Positions 1 through 7,694 of a stretch of DNA of 28,169 bases are shown one piece after another. This DNA is from a virus (taxonomy: Duplodnaviria; Caudoviricetes). The notes under the pieces are model-generated. The model searched no databases. It was not told the DNA's origin and saw nothing but the letters and a program-made list of their open reading frames with translations. Every line of letters begins with the position of its first letter. Position 1 is the first letter of the stretch. The position numbers and the translations under genes were made by a program. The DNA lies in IMG/VR virus record IMGVR_UViG_3300033489_000049, positions 1-28,169 of that record, one strand, 5' to 3'.

Positions 1-1
1 C

Positions 2-658
2 CTCTTTGGTTTCAACCGCCGTTTCTATTAACTGTAACGATGCCTTTATAGTTTGGTTATCCGTGATCGTGGACCCGGTGAATGTGCCCAAATGTGTGGC
101 GCCCTCACTTATCCCAGAGAGCGTGATAAGGTCATCGACGGACAGGCTGGAAGCCGTGGGCAATTCCGAATCCCGCGCGATCGTGCTAACGATAACGCCG
201 TCATCGATCGCATTATCATCCACCGTATCGCCGTTTAACCGGTCAGAATCGAAATTATTCGAGGTGGTTGTTTCATACGTAGCGCTCAGATCGGGGATCG
301 AAGAGCTGCTGATATCCGCAAGCTCCCACTGCCCCTGGCCGGAGCAGTCCGTGGCCCGGTCGTCGGGCACGATAATCGACGGGCTGTTTTCAGAGTCTGT
401 GCCTGTAGCATTATAATGGTAGATGTACGTCACACCGGAGGACACCACGATGGCCACATCGCCATCCTTGATGGGGGCGTCTTCATTGGCGCCGGTGACG
501 TCTTCGCATTCCAGTTTGTCCAGGGCGTAGGTAACCCCGCCGGTTAAATACCGGAACGGCGCATAAATGTGCGCTTTGTTTTCATCGTAGGCTTCCGATG
601 TCCCGGATAGAAGTGCGATCACAGACAGGATGATAATAATCGGTTTTACAATTTTCAT
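2..658 (-). CDS. Signal-peptide-bearing protein in tail region (possible tail fibre/virion-associated protein), truncated by window edge
   Basis: Hand-translated, not in ORF track: MKIVKPIIIILSVIALLSGTSEAYDENK...LGTFTGSTITDNQTIKASLQLIETAVETKE. Open to position 2; its ATG overlaps the GT stop (ATGA); GAGGG RBS upstream. Confidence 0.75.
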   Translation of the reverse strand, partial: MKIVKPIIIILSVIALLSGTSEAYDENKAHIYAPFRYLTGGVTYALDKLECEDVTGANEDAPIKDGDVAIVVSSGVTYIYHYNATGTDSENSPSIIVPDDRATDCSGQGQWELADISSSSIPDLSATYETTTSNNFDSDRLNGDTVDDNAIDDGVIVSTIARDSELPTASSLSVDDLITLSGISEGATHLGTFTGSTITDNQTIKASLQLIETAVETKE

Positions 659-1232
659 TTCGATCCCTCTCTTTTCACGGCCAGTACCGCTTCTATCATG
701 GCCATCAGCCGGTTGGGCTGATCGTAGGTGCCTCCCGCATATGGCAGAAACCCCTGCTGATAATCGTTTGCCAGACCGAACGCTTCGTTGATCATATCGC
801 CATCCAGATCTGCCACCGGGCACAGGGTAACCGTCTCTCCGTCCAGCTCATACAGAACCCCGTCGGGAATCAGCCATGTTTCTTTTTCGATTTCCGGGCA
901 GTGCCGCTGCTCCCGGAGTCCGTTTTTTCTGCAATCGCCACAGTCGTATACTTTTCCCCGGAGACTGAGGGCTGTGGCGATGCGGAGTTTTTTCTTTCTT
1001 CCCCGGTGATGTAGGTCTGCGCGGCGATCCGGGTATACAGCTCAAGCGCTTCGCCCGGCGTTAAATCGTCGGCGTTCATTCCGGGGCATGCCAGATTAAA
1101 TATTTTGTCCAGGGCTTTGTCCCGTTTTTCTTCATCCAGCGATTCCAATCCTCCGAGCCGTACGCCTTCCTTTCGCAGCGATTTGAGCTCTCCCCGCGTC
1201 AACCCGCGGATGTTCATTTTATTGATATCCAT
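655..1232 (-). CDS. Tail assembly chaperone GT (-1 frameshift product)
   Basis: Slippery A AAA AAC at 987-993. The -1 frame reads KKLRIATALSLRGKVYDCGDC...GFLPYAGGTYDQPNRLMAMIEAVLAVKREGSK* ending at 655. Confidence 0.8.
870..1232 (-). CDS. Tail assembly chaperone G
   Basis: 120-aa ORF right after the tail tube; 'EERKN' at the slippery site, low-complexity tail in the 0 frame. Confidence 0.8.
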   Translation of the reverse strand: MDINKMNIRGLTRGELKSLRKEGVRLGGLESLDEEKRDKALDKIFNLACPGMNADDLTPGEALELYTRIAAQTYITGEERKNSASPQPSVSGEKYTTVAIAEKTDSGSSGTARKSKKKHG

Positions 1233-1273
1233 TTTTTCTCCGTGCCTTTCCGTGAAAAATCCGTGGTAATTTT

Positions 1274-2200
1274 TTAAGTGAACGCGAGAGACAGCTCATC
1301 GTCTCCGCTGTCCCGCCTCAGGATAGCGCCGATCTCAGCAACCGCATTGCCGTTGCGGCTTCCCGGGGACAGCTTGCCGTACTGGATCTTTGGAGCGGTG
1401 ATCGTGCAAATGTTTCCGGCTGCTGAACCGACAACGGCGGACAGGGCTACTAAATCCCCGGACTCCCAGTCGTCCCAGAAATCGTGTGTAGCCAGCAATA
1501 CATCTTCGGGATTTAAGCTTAATGTTGCCATACGTTTTGTTATGTTCGCGCTCAAATAGCCCTGTATTGAGTTTGCGCTATCACGCAGCGCCAGGGCGTT
1601 TCCGCTGCCGATGACCATCGCCTCGATAATGGCGGCATAGCTGTTGATCGTAAAGTTCGCATTCTGAAACGCTTTGGCAACCGACGACTGATAAGAAACA
1701 CTGCTGAGCAATGCCACGTCGGAATCGGCGACGGATGTGCCGATAAAATCAAACGAAATAATGCCCGGCTTACCGGAATTTAAGTTTAAGGTGAAGTTCC
1801 CCCGGGCGCCAGCCATGAGGTAGCGTTTGCCATCCAGATAATGGGCCATTGTCAGCGATGGAATGCCTGAGGAGGCCGGAAGATACGTCACACTGGTACT
1901 CGCCACAACCGTGTCATCATAGCCGCAGGCTTGTAACAGTTTGCCGATCTCCGGCGCTGTCCCGGCCGCGCCTGAGCCCTTGAACGGGCACTTAAATGTC
2001 AATTTCGCCATACGGTGGCCTGGGATACCGGAAAACGGGCTGAGAGAACTACTGGACAAGTTGAGCTCCTCGATGCTGATATCCGGATCGAATTTAATTT
2101 CTGCCGCCAGTACCGCGTCGGCCGCGGCCAGAGCTTCGGCAGTGCCTTCCACTGATTCAATTTTTGCGGCCAGTTGAGACCGCGCTTCTACTAACGGCAT
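1274..2200 (-). CDS. Tail tube (major tail) protein, non-contractile type
   Basis: 308 aa, Ala/Gly/Ser rich; begins 'LAAKIES', ends 'GDDELSLAFT'; no sheath gene upstream; followed by G/GT chaperones. Confidence 0.8.
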   Translation of the reverse strand: MPLVEARSQLAAKIESVEGTAEALAAADAVLAAEIKFDPDISIEELNLSSSSLSPFSGIPGHRMAKLTFKCPFKGSGAAGTAPEIGKLLQACGYDDTVVASTSVTYLPASSGIPSLTMAHYLDGKRYLMAGARGNFTLNLNSGKPGIISFDFIGTSVADSDVALLSSVSYQSSVAKAFQNANFTINSYAAIIEAMVIGSGNALALRDSANSIQGYLSANITKRMATLSLNPEDVLLATHDFWDDWESGDLVALSAVVGSAAGNICTITAPKIQYGKLSPGSRNGNAVAEIGAILRRDSGDDELSLAFT

Positions 2201-2243
2201 AAGGTTTCTCCCTTGAAGCGTTAAGAACGTTTAAATGGTTTGT

Positions 2244-2696
2244 TCAGTAATTATCCAATGTGCCGCTTGAATTATCCGACGACTTTCCACGGCTGAAAAT
2301 GCGATCGCTTTTCGATGTACTGACTGCCACGCCGTAATCTGCGCCCGCATCCGGATCCGGCACATCCAAACTCATGGTTCCTTTTGCGATCCGGTCCAGG
2401 TCTTTGCGTATTCTCTCGCAGATTTCTTTCCGGGTTTCGGTAATGGTATCATACCGCCGGGCGTACAGATTGCATATGGCCAGATCCACAGCCATTTTCC
2501 GGACCAGATTCGGCGTTACAGCAAAGGGCAGGCTGTACTTCACGGCCAGATAAGCATCGATTTCTTCATCTGCGTCATCGATAGCCCGGTCCAGCACATC
2601 CGTGTCCACTTCGCCGGCTTCCGCATCGTCGGTCAACTGGATGAGGGTCTCCTCATCCAGTTGTTTGGTGATATCGCTTTGAGTGCAATATGCCAT
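2244..2696 (-). CDS. Mu gp36-like head-tail adaptor (DUF1320)
   Basis: MAYCTQSD...LIQLTD...AIDDADEEIDAYL..Y.LP...LDRIAKG signature; follows the capsid gene. Confidence 0.9.
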   Translation of the reverse strand: MAYCTQSDITKQLDEETLIQLTDDAEAGEVDTDVLDRAIDDADEEIDAYLAVKYSLPFAVTPNLVRKMAVDLAICNLYARRYDTITETRKEICERIRKDLDRIAKGTMSLDVPDPDAGADYGVAVSTSKSDRIFSRGKSSDNSSGTLDNY

Positions 2697-2738
2697 TGCC
2701 TATTCCTCCGGCCTTCAGTCTTCAGCCTTCAGCCTTTT

Positions 2739-3719
2739 TTATGTCACTATCGTGTCGTACCAGAGGAATCCGAGATCCGATCCGGTCTGCACAATATCCG
2801 TATCCTCCGCAACCTCATAAACGTCCTGATGCTCGGCAGATTCTCTCCAAGTGGTAGTCCGGCGCGGCAGACCATCCTCATAGGCCGTTCTCGCCTGATA
2901 TCCGGCAGAGGGGATTTTCAACCCTGGCGCCGTGGGGCGATACGCGAGGAATGCCGATCCTTTCGTGGCGGTCTTTTCCCACACGTTGACGCTGGTGAAA
3001 TCAGTGCCGGCTTTAGTCTCTTTTGCGCTTGAATAGATGGCATCGCCCACAAGGACTTCTTCTAGCCCGAATACGGCAGCTATCAGGTCAGGAGTGAGCA
3101 CGCCGCGCTGGGTGTACTTGATTCTATCGAGCAGATCGTCGAGCATCTTGAGCTTGGATAGCGTGTTGGCCGATATCACCAGGACGTTCGGCCTCATGCC
3201 GGTATTGGATCTGATCGTCTCGATGCGGGTTTCCACATCATCGACAAATGTATTTGTGGCGTCGTTGGGTGCCCATAACCCCGCCGCATCCTCACCGGCG
3301 ACTGCCGACCATGTCCCCGCAAGGATCAGGGCCGCAACTCTGCGCTCTTTCTTCAGGTCGATTTTGTCCGCTGCAAATTCGAGCGCGTCCTGGTCGGGTT
3401 TCAACGGTGGCCCGCCGGCAACCTCTACCGCACGACGGTCCTCGTCGGTAACCTCTTTTGCAAATGCGTATTCTTTTGTGGCGATATCGATGAAATCCAC
3501 CGGATAACCGCCCCGGTTTGCACGGCTGCCAGGGCCTCTGATACCAGCTTCATCCCGGAACCAGGCGCCCTTGAGATACCGGGCGATCTTGGCTTTCGGC
3601 GATACTTTGTCAAGGATCGGAAAAACACGATCCGCTATATAACTTTTGTTCCGGTACGCAATGCTGACATTTTGCAGCGGACCGGCTACGATAGATTCTC
3701 TTACATTCGGTTGGGGCAT
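2739..3719 (-). CDS. Major capsid protein
   Basis: 326 aa; LQNVSIAYRN..YIADRVFP N-terminal motif, RPNVLVI; position after protease and decoration genes. Confidence 0.9.
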   Translation of the reverse strand: MPQPNVRESIVAGPLQNVSIAYRNKSYIADRVFPILDKVSPKAKIARYLKGAWFRDEAGIRGPGSRANRGGYPVDFIDIATKEYAFAKEVTDEDRRAVEVAGGPPLKPDQDALEFAADKIDLKKERRVAALILAGTWSAVAGEDAAGLWAPNDATNTFVDDVETRIETIRSNTGMRPNVLVISANTLSKLKMLDDLLDRIKYTQRGVLTPDLIAAVFGLEEVLVGDAIYSSAKETKAGTDFTSVNVWEKTATKGSAFLAYRPTAPGLKIPSAGYQARTAYEDGLPRRTTTWRESAEHQDVYEVAEDTDIVQTGSDLGFLWYDTIVT

Positions 3720-3789
3720 TTTCTATATCCTCCCTGCTTTTAAAATTGAAAATTGATTATTTTCTCGTTTCCCTTTTTACTTCCTTCAG

Positions 3790-3830
3790 CCTGCCCCGTT
3801 AAACCAGCTTTTTCTTTTGTTTAACTGGGG
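3790..3830. repeat. 41-42 bp REP-like hairpin CCTG-CCCCGTTAAAC-N14/15-GTTTAACYGGGG, copy 1 (others 17938-17978, 18548-18589, 20707-20747)
   Basis: Four near-identical copies in the same orientation, read directly. Confidence 0.9.
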
Positions 3831-3858
3831 TCTTCAGCCTTCAGTCTTGTTCACTTTT

Positions 3859-4257
3859 TTACGCTTTGACTGTTAGTGGAGTTAAAAGACATGTCCCCAA
3901 ATCGTCCTCAACCCCGCCCTGAAGCAGCGGCCCAACGGGATACTGTGTTGCCACCGCCGCCTGAGCCTTGCCTGCATCGCTGGCGCTAACATATTCCATT
4001 CCCACAATAGCGCCGACGCCTAGTGTTGCACCAAGTTGAATCTTGGAAATCCCGCCACAACCGATGGGTCGTACTACTGCTGCTTTGTCTGCTGCGTCCG
4101 GAGCGTTCTGCAGCACGCCAAGCGGAATGTCTGTTACCGCATTAGGCCTCCGCACCTTTTCGGATGTGGCGTCCAACACAACAATCCGATACTGGTCGTT
4201 GCTCAGATCTTCATCCGCCGGGAATGATACATCTAAAACTTTGTTTTCCGTTGCCAT
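3859..4257 (-). CDS. Capsid decoration/cement protein (DUF2190-like)
   Basis: 132 aa; 'GVLQNAP' motif; between scaffold and capsid. Confidence 0.75.
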   Translation of the reverse strand: MATENKVLDVSFPADEDLSNDQYRIVVLDATSEKVRRPNAVTDIPLGVLQNAPDAADKAAVVRPIGCGGISKIQLGATLGVGAIVGMEYVSASDAGKAQAAVATQYPVGPLLQGGVEDDLGTCLLTPLTVKA

Positions 4258-4319
4258 TTCATTTTCTCCTTACTTTAGCCGTTTGAATCGCTTGAACCGC
4301 CTGAACCGTCTTGAGCAGT

Positions 4320-4934
4320 TTAAGCCATTATTTCCTGTTGATACTCCTTCGCCAAATCCGGATGCTCCCGCTGAACTTCGGTAAAGGCTGCAGAATATCC
4401 GAGATCCTTATTCTCTTTCCGTTTTGCCGTGATCAGTGCTTCGATCTTTACGGTCGCATTGCCGGCGGCCGCCGCCCCGTCGCGAGTCGCCACTTCCCTA
4501 AATTCGATCACCTTCGGCAGCACGGTTTCAAACAACCCCTTGAACCGGTCAAACAGGGTGGCCTTTTCTTTCGTTTCGCCGAACTCGATGACGTCTTCTT
4601 TCTCCGCAAATGCGGAAAGCATTTCAGGTACGCCGTATTTGATCATGGCAGGGGTCATTTTGCCTGCCTTGACCTGAGTATCACACCATGCCGATATCTC
4701 TTTTTTACGCGCATCCTGGCGTGCAAGGCGCTGGGATTCAGCAAATTCCGCCGTTACCTTTTCCCGCTCCTTTTTGGCGGCTTCTTCGGCTGCCTGTTTT
4801 TTTGCGGACTCGATATCTGCCTCCGAAAATTTCAAATCTGAACTTTGAGATTTGAAATTTTCACCCGGCCCGTCATCCGGCATTTTTCCGATTAGTTCGC
4901 TGAAAAACGCTGTGAGTTTTTCCTTGAAAGTCAT
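4320..4934 (-). CDS. Nested in-frame scaffold protein (Mu Z-like)
   Basis: AAGGAGG RBS before internal ATG (MTFKEK) at 4934; charged helical sequence downstream. Confidence 0.6.
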   Translation of the reverse strand: MTFKEKLTAFFSELIGKMPDDGPGENFKSQSSDLKFSEADIESAKKQAAEEAAKKEREKVTAEFAESQRLARQDARKKEISAWCDTQVKAGKMTPAMIKYGVPEMLSAFAEKEDVIEFGETKEKATLFDRFKGLFETVLPKVIEFREVATRDGAAAAGNATVKIEALITAKRKENKDLGYSAAFTEVQREHPDLAKEYQQEIMA

Positions 4935-5603
4935 ATCTTTACCCTCCTTGCTTTTGTTTTGGCGCTCGGCAACGGAAAATTTCAAATTTGAGATTTGAGA
5001 TTTGAAATTTCCATTAATTGCCTCAACGCCGGTTGTTTCGGTTGGCCGGTTAGCCACTTCGCCTATATACGTTACATCCCAGTCCGGGATGATGGCGTCT
5101 GCTTTTTCCGTTCCTTCTTTTTCGATCAGATAATCTCGCAGCTTCCGGAACATCCGGGCGATGGCGCTAAGACCTTCCTCGTAAAAATAAAAATTCTCTT
5201 CTTTCTCATCAAAGCCGATATCAGCCAGGCCTTTTATGGCAGGGGGCGTAGCGCCCAGAAATCCCACATGCCGCAAACGGCCGTCCGGATAAAACGAGGC
5301 AGATCTCTTTTTGTACATGCCATTTTTCACCAGGTCCTCGAATTCCGGGACCACCTGCCTGAATTTCGCATACAAGACTTTTGCACCGTCAACGACCGCC
5401 TCCTTGAGATTTTCGACCCATCCGAAGGCGGGCGCGTTTTCTTTTGGGTGGCCTACCACCACGGGCGGCTCATGGTGTTTTAGGTTGAAGGTGGAGATGG
5501 CGCGGTCAATCAGCAAATCGCCATCATGGATTCGGCCCTCACTGTCTGTCTGTTTTCCGCCTCGAAAAATCTCGATCCAGTCTCCAAATCCTTTAAAATC
5601 CAT
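4320..5603 (-). CDS. Mu I-like capsid protease with C-terminal scaffold
   Basis: WIEIFRGG, PPVVVGHP, PAFGWV, YKKRSAS, LRHVGFLGATPPAIKGL. Start moved to ATG 5603 (GGAGGG RBS). Confidence 0.9.
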   Translation of the reverse strand: MDFKGFGDWIEIFRGGKQTDSEGRIHDGDLLIDRAISTFNLKHHEPPVVVGHPKENAPAFGWVENLKEAVVDGAKVLYAKFRQVVPEFEDLVKNGMYKKRSASFYPDGRLRHVGFLGATPPAIKGLADIGFDEKEENFYFYEEGLSAIARMFRKLRDYLIEKEGTEKADAIIPDWDVTYIGEVANRPTETTGVEAINGNFKSQISNLKFSVAERQNKSKEGKDMTFKEKLTAFFSELIGKMPDDGPGENFKSQSSDLKFSEADIESAKKQAAEEAAKKEREKVTAEFAESQRLARQDARKKEISAWCDTQVKAGKMTPAMIKYGVPEMLSAFAEKEDVIEFGETKEKATLFDRFKGLFETVLPKVIEFREVATRDGAAAAGNATVKIEALITAKRKENKDLGYSAAFTEVQREHPDLAKEYQQEIMA

Positions 5604-5653
5604 ATTCCTTCCCTCCTTTTGGTGCATAAAATACACCCTAGTTCTCCCGTATC

Positions 5654-5726
5654 TAACCGCAAATACACGCTAATATACGCCAATGGTTTTTCCTAATTTG
5701 CGTTCATTCGCGTTCATTCGCGGTTA
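5654..5726. repeat. ~72-bp hairpin of 3x10-mer arms (AACCGCGAATACACGCGAATATACGCTAAT / ATTTGCGTTCATTCGCGTTCATTCGCGGTT); other copies 12096-12186, 19639-19710, 23163-23234; solo arms 12041-12070, 14511-14542
   Basis: Direct sequence comparison of copies. Confidence 0.9.
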
Positions 5727-6250
5727 CCTAACAAATGATCCTTTATCGCTTCGCCGATCTCTTTCCAGTCCTCATCCTGCACCATCAAAAATGGCCTTGC
5801 AGGTATATCTCCCCAGGGGAGTTTTGCCTGCCGGGAGTGAGACCGTACTTTCGACGGCTTTCCGGATTTGGTATTCCGTATGTGCTCCTTAACCAGTGCG
5901 GTAACTACACCAAAGCTGCCCTTTTCAGCGCCGAATTGATGCACGGCGGCATAGGCCACGTTGGTGCCAACGGCGACGCTGCTTTTGTTTGCCTGGACAT
6001 TGATGCTGTTTCTCAGGCGATGCGATTCGGAAAGGGTTACCCCACCGTCATTTTTTACCCGTTGGGACACTGCCCAGCGCGGCCTTCCCCCTTTTTCGAA
6101 ATTCCGTATCACCGATGTCCGTACAACTTGGCCGATAGTTTTCATTGCAGGTGTCAGATCTTCCAGGCCGCCCTGAAGATGCGACAGCAAAGCTTTTAAC
6201 TCACTGTCATCGATCTTAACGGTTATTACGGCTCCTGACACTTTTGTCAC
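5714..6250 (-). CDS. Mu gpG-like virion morphogenesis protein
   Basis: VGTNVAYAAVHQFG and IPARPFL motifs. Confidence 0.9.
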   Translation of the reverse strand: MTKVSGAVITVKIDDSELKALLSHLQGGLEDLTPAMKTIGQVVRTSVIRNFEKGGRPRWAVSQRVKNDGGVTLSESHRLRNSINVQANKSSVAVGTNVAYAAVHQFGAEKGSFGVVTALVKEHIRNTKSGKPSKVRSHSRQAKLPWGDIPARPFLMVQDEDWKEIGEAIKDHLLGNRE

Positions 6251-6256
6251 CTTTTC

Positions 6257-6322
6257 ACCACGGATTCACACGGAAAAAATCACAGATATTTTTTCAGTGA
6301 AAACTCCGTGGATTTCCGTGGT
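6257..6322. repeat. Hairpin of 3x TCCGTG 10/11-mer arms; solo arms at 1239-1269, 21794-21825, 22405-22437
   Basis: ACCACGGATTCACACGGAAAAAATCACAGA ... TCAGTGAAAACTCCGTGGATTTCCGTGGT. Confidence 0.85.
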
Positions 6323-6335
6323 AAATTTTTATCCT

Positions 6336-6364
6336 TTGACTTTTCCTTTGTATTTACTTATAAT
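6336..6364 (+). promoter_or_regulatory. Sigma70-type promoter antisense to the late operon
   Basis: TTGACT (6336-6341), 17-nt spacer, TATAAT (6359-6364). Confidence 0.75.
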
Positions 6365-6370
6365 TCCCTC

Positions 6371-6445
6371 TATGCAGGTTTGGATCGGGCCGCGGCCTCT
6401 ATGATCCATTCCGGGCGCCCAGGTTGCTGCGGAACCTGAGGTTTT
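6371..6445 (+). ncRNA. Putative small structured RNA convergent on the MuF 3' end
   Basis: GC-rich island right after the promoter; stems TGGATC/GATCCA and CAGGTT/AACCTG. Confidence 0.45.
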
Positions 6446-7694
6446 ATCTTTTATAGATTAATTTGCCTTCCCGCTGTGCATTTAAATATTTAAAGTTGGT
6501 TGTCGGCAGCATGGTCCACGCTTCCAACATTCCTTTACGGGCCTGCGCCACAAGCAGCAATCCTCTTTCTTTTTCCAGTTCTACGGCTTTGATAATGCGC
6601 TGTCTTAATTCAACCTTGCCGGTGCCTTTGTGTTTTTCAAATGCCATCCAGATTTCATACGGGTTTTCCAGGGCTTCGGCTATCAGGGGTAAAAACGGGG
6701 TGCGTTCAGCCGGAATATGTTGGGACAGCGACTCCGCATTGACCAGGATATCATGCCTGAATTTTTTATCGTAAAACGAAAAGACCTTTTCTTCTCCGCC
6801 CAATATCTCTTTAAGGGAAGAGGCAATGGATTCCGTTGAATTGAGTTTTTTCCCGGGCTTATTTACTGCCGGATCGGCTGGTATCATTTCCGGGCGGCCG
6901 GCGCTCTGCCAGTTTCCGGAAGATAGCCGTTCCCAGGATTTTGCTCCCTGGAAGCGCCAGGCTTCCATTACTTCTTCGGAAAGTTTTTTCCCCCATGCCG
7001 CTTCTCCTACATTGTAATCCCATCCCGGATTGATTCCTTCGGGAATGCGGTACGCTTTGCCGGTGGCTTTGTCTGTCCACCGGTAGTATTTGTTTTTGGG
7101 CGCTGTTTCTTTTATGGGAAATTCACCGCCGGATTCTTCTTTTTTGAGCCGTTCCACTTCCCGTGCGCTATGACTGACCACGCCGCATTTACAGCCCCAG
7201 CCATTGGGCGGATAGTGGGTTTTCCACCAGGGATCATCGGCAGACAGAACCATGTTGTACCACTGCATATGCTCCGGCCTGCGGTTCCTGGATGTGGATG
7301 CCACATACCGCCAGTATGGCCGGGCTTTTAATACATCCGGGTCCGTCATCTGAGCATAATGCCCGGCGGAATAGGCCGTGCTTAAGTTGGTGTTGAAAAT
7401 CACCGCACTGCGCCAGCCCTTACCGCCCTTGTATTGCCAGCCGTGGCGGGTGACAATATTGTCAAAATCCTTCCGGAACTCACCGAGGGTTGTCCCCTGC
7501 GAAATGGCTTTATCCACCGCAGTATGCAACTCTGTGAGCAACTCGTCTTTCATGGCGCCGGCAGAGACAAACGCCCTAGTGTGCTGCCCCTGCCAGAGAT
7601 CCTTCCATGTGCGGGTGGGGAGATTGACCTTTTGTTTGAAAAACTCAATCGCCTCATCAAATGGCAAATTCATATAGTCAGCGCTCTTTGGCAT
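6444..7694 (-). CDS. MuF minor head protein with C-terminal PBECR2-like ribonuclease domain
   Basis: MuF core (PFDEAIEFF, RPEH, WWKTHYPPNGWGCKC) plus extension ALENPYEIW...RQRIIK...WTMLP...YLNAQREGKLIYKR. Start moved to ATG 7694. Confidence 0.88.
   Translation of the reverse strand: MPKSADYMNLPFDEAIEFFKQKVNLPTRTWKDLWQGQHTRAFVSAGAMKDELLTELHTAVDKAISQGTTLGEFRKDFDNIVTRHGWQYKGGKGWRSAVIFNTNLSTAYSAGHYAQMTDPDVLKARPYWRYVASTSRNRRPEHMQWYNMVLSADDPWWKTHYPPNGWGCKCGVVSHSAREVERLKKEESGGEFPIKETAPKNKYYRWTDKATGKAYRIPEGINPGWDYNVGEAAWGKKLSEEVMEAWRFQGAKSWERLSSGNWQSAGRPEMIPADPAVNKPGKKLNSTESIASSLKEILGGEEKVFSFYDKKFRHDILVNAESLSQHIPAERTPFLPLIAEALENPYEIWMAFEKHKGTGKVELRQRIIKAVELEKERGLLLVAQARKGMLEAWTMLPTTNFKYLNAQREGKLIYKR

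Noticed and set aside
6-416. 136-aa plus-strand ORF and the many other plus-strand ORFs over the phage operon
   Set aside because: Antisense shadows of well-supported minus-strand genes, with no RBS or motifs
6371-6445. tRNA gene
   Set aside because: No TTC T-loop, D-arm consensus or canonical anticodon loop; kept only as a putative ncRNA
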